A DNA stretch of 64,000 bases from Dehalococcoidia bacterium (lineage in GTDB: Bacteria; Chloroflexota; Dehalococcoidia; Bin125), in contig CAXXRD010000002.1 of the NCBI GenBank assembly GCA_963663895.2, forward strand, positions 320,001 through 384,000, written 5' to 3'. Made by a program: the position numbers and the translations under genes. Each line of letters begins with the position of its first letter. The first letter of the stretch is position 1. The notes under the pieces are model-generated. The model was not told the DNA's origin. It made no database searches and saw only the letters and a list, made by a program, of their open reading frames with translations. This document shows, in pieces, positions 63,535 through 64,000 of the stretch.

Positions 63535-64000
63535 CGGTACTGACTCCCGAGGTAGGCATCCTGCACCGCTGGGTCCGCCATCACGGCGCTCGGCGCGCCT
63601 TCGGTCAGCACGCGCCCAGCGGACATCACCACCACCGTGTCCGCCAGCCGCATCACCACCTCCATATTGTGCTCGATGATCAAGAACGTCACCGACAGCT
63701 CCCGCTGCAGCCGGCGGATGTGATCGACCAATTGCAGCGCGAGTGTCGGGTTGACGCCGGCGGCCGGCTCGTCGAGCAGGACCAGCTTGGGGCGGGCGAT
63801 CAGCGCCCGCGCCAGCTCCAGCAGCTTTTTCTGGCCGCCGGAGAGGTTGCCGGCGCGCTCGTGCGCCAACGCGTCGAGGGTCACGAGACGCAGCATCTCG
63901 TGGGCGCGCGCCTCATGGGCGCGCTCCTCACAGGCGACCCGTTTGGCACGGAAGAGCGGCTCCCACGGCCGCTCACCCCGCTGCGCGCCGGCACCGAGCA
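63531..64000 (-). CDS. livG: Branched-chain amino-acid ABC ATPase (LivG-like), partial, 5' end outside window
   Basis: LSGGQKKLLELARAL, DEPAAGVNP, IEHNM, DPAVQDAYLG. Confidence 0.9.
   Translation of the reverse strand, partial: LGAGAQRGERPWEPLFRAKRVACEERAHEARAHEMLRLVTLDALAHERAGNLSGGQKKLLELARALIARPKLVLLDEPAAGVNPTLALQLVDHIRRLQRELSVTFLIIEHNMEVVMRLADTVVVMSAGRVLTEGAPSAVMADPAVQDAYLGSQYR

Noticed and set aside
1-64000. Many long overlapping ORFs in the track (e.g. 5252..6610, 9300..10673, 18220..19836, 26825..28675, 37566..39365, 55923..57671)
   Set aside because: Antisense or alternate-frame shadows of well-supported genes; Arg/Ala/Pro-rich translations expected in high-GC DNA
1-64000. CRISPR array, rRNA, intact transposase or prophage genes
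   Set aside because: No regularly spaced repeat-spacer pattern or corresponding protein motifs found by eye

Overview
High-GC bacterial chromosomal window, densely coding. The taxonomy is not determinable with confidence; several luciferase-like monooxygenases, an SDR, amidohydrolases and ABC transporters are compatible with a Chloroflexota- or Actinomycetota-type heterotroph (inference only). Left to right: amino-acid and ABC-2 transporters; a N,N-dimethylformamidase large-subunit homolog; a Type III restriction-modification pair with an AT-rich central segment in mod; a complete N-methylglutamate (NMG) methylamine pathway (gmaS/glnT, mgsABC, mgdABCD/soxBDAG) whose dehydrogenase arm runs straight into a urease operon (ureF-ureAB-ureC-ureG-ureD); a CPA2 antiporter and uppP; a repeat-bounded accessory segment with an integrase remnant and an Mre11/Rad50-like (YhaO/YhaN) pair; a Tat-less molybdoenzyme cluster with a persulfide dioxygenase-rhodanese gene; hydrolases and oxidoreductases; tRNA-Ser(TGA) with a duplicated 5' half enclosing a NucS-like nuclease fused to an alkyltransferase-like domain; and a branched-chain amino-acid ABC system. 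The best candidate for an undescribed system is the NMG-linked urease. Its UreC keeps all nickel ligands but has a remodelled substrate pocket, suggesting a hydrolase for N-methylated ureas that feeds methylamine into the NMG pathway (hypothesis). Three separate cargo insertions are bounded by duplicated host sequence (uppP 5' end, LLM gene 3' end, tRNA 5' half). Three single-base frameshifts may be assembly errors.
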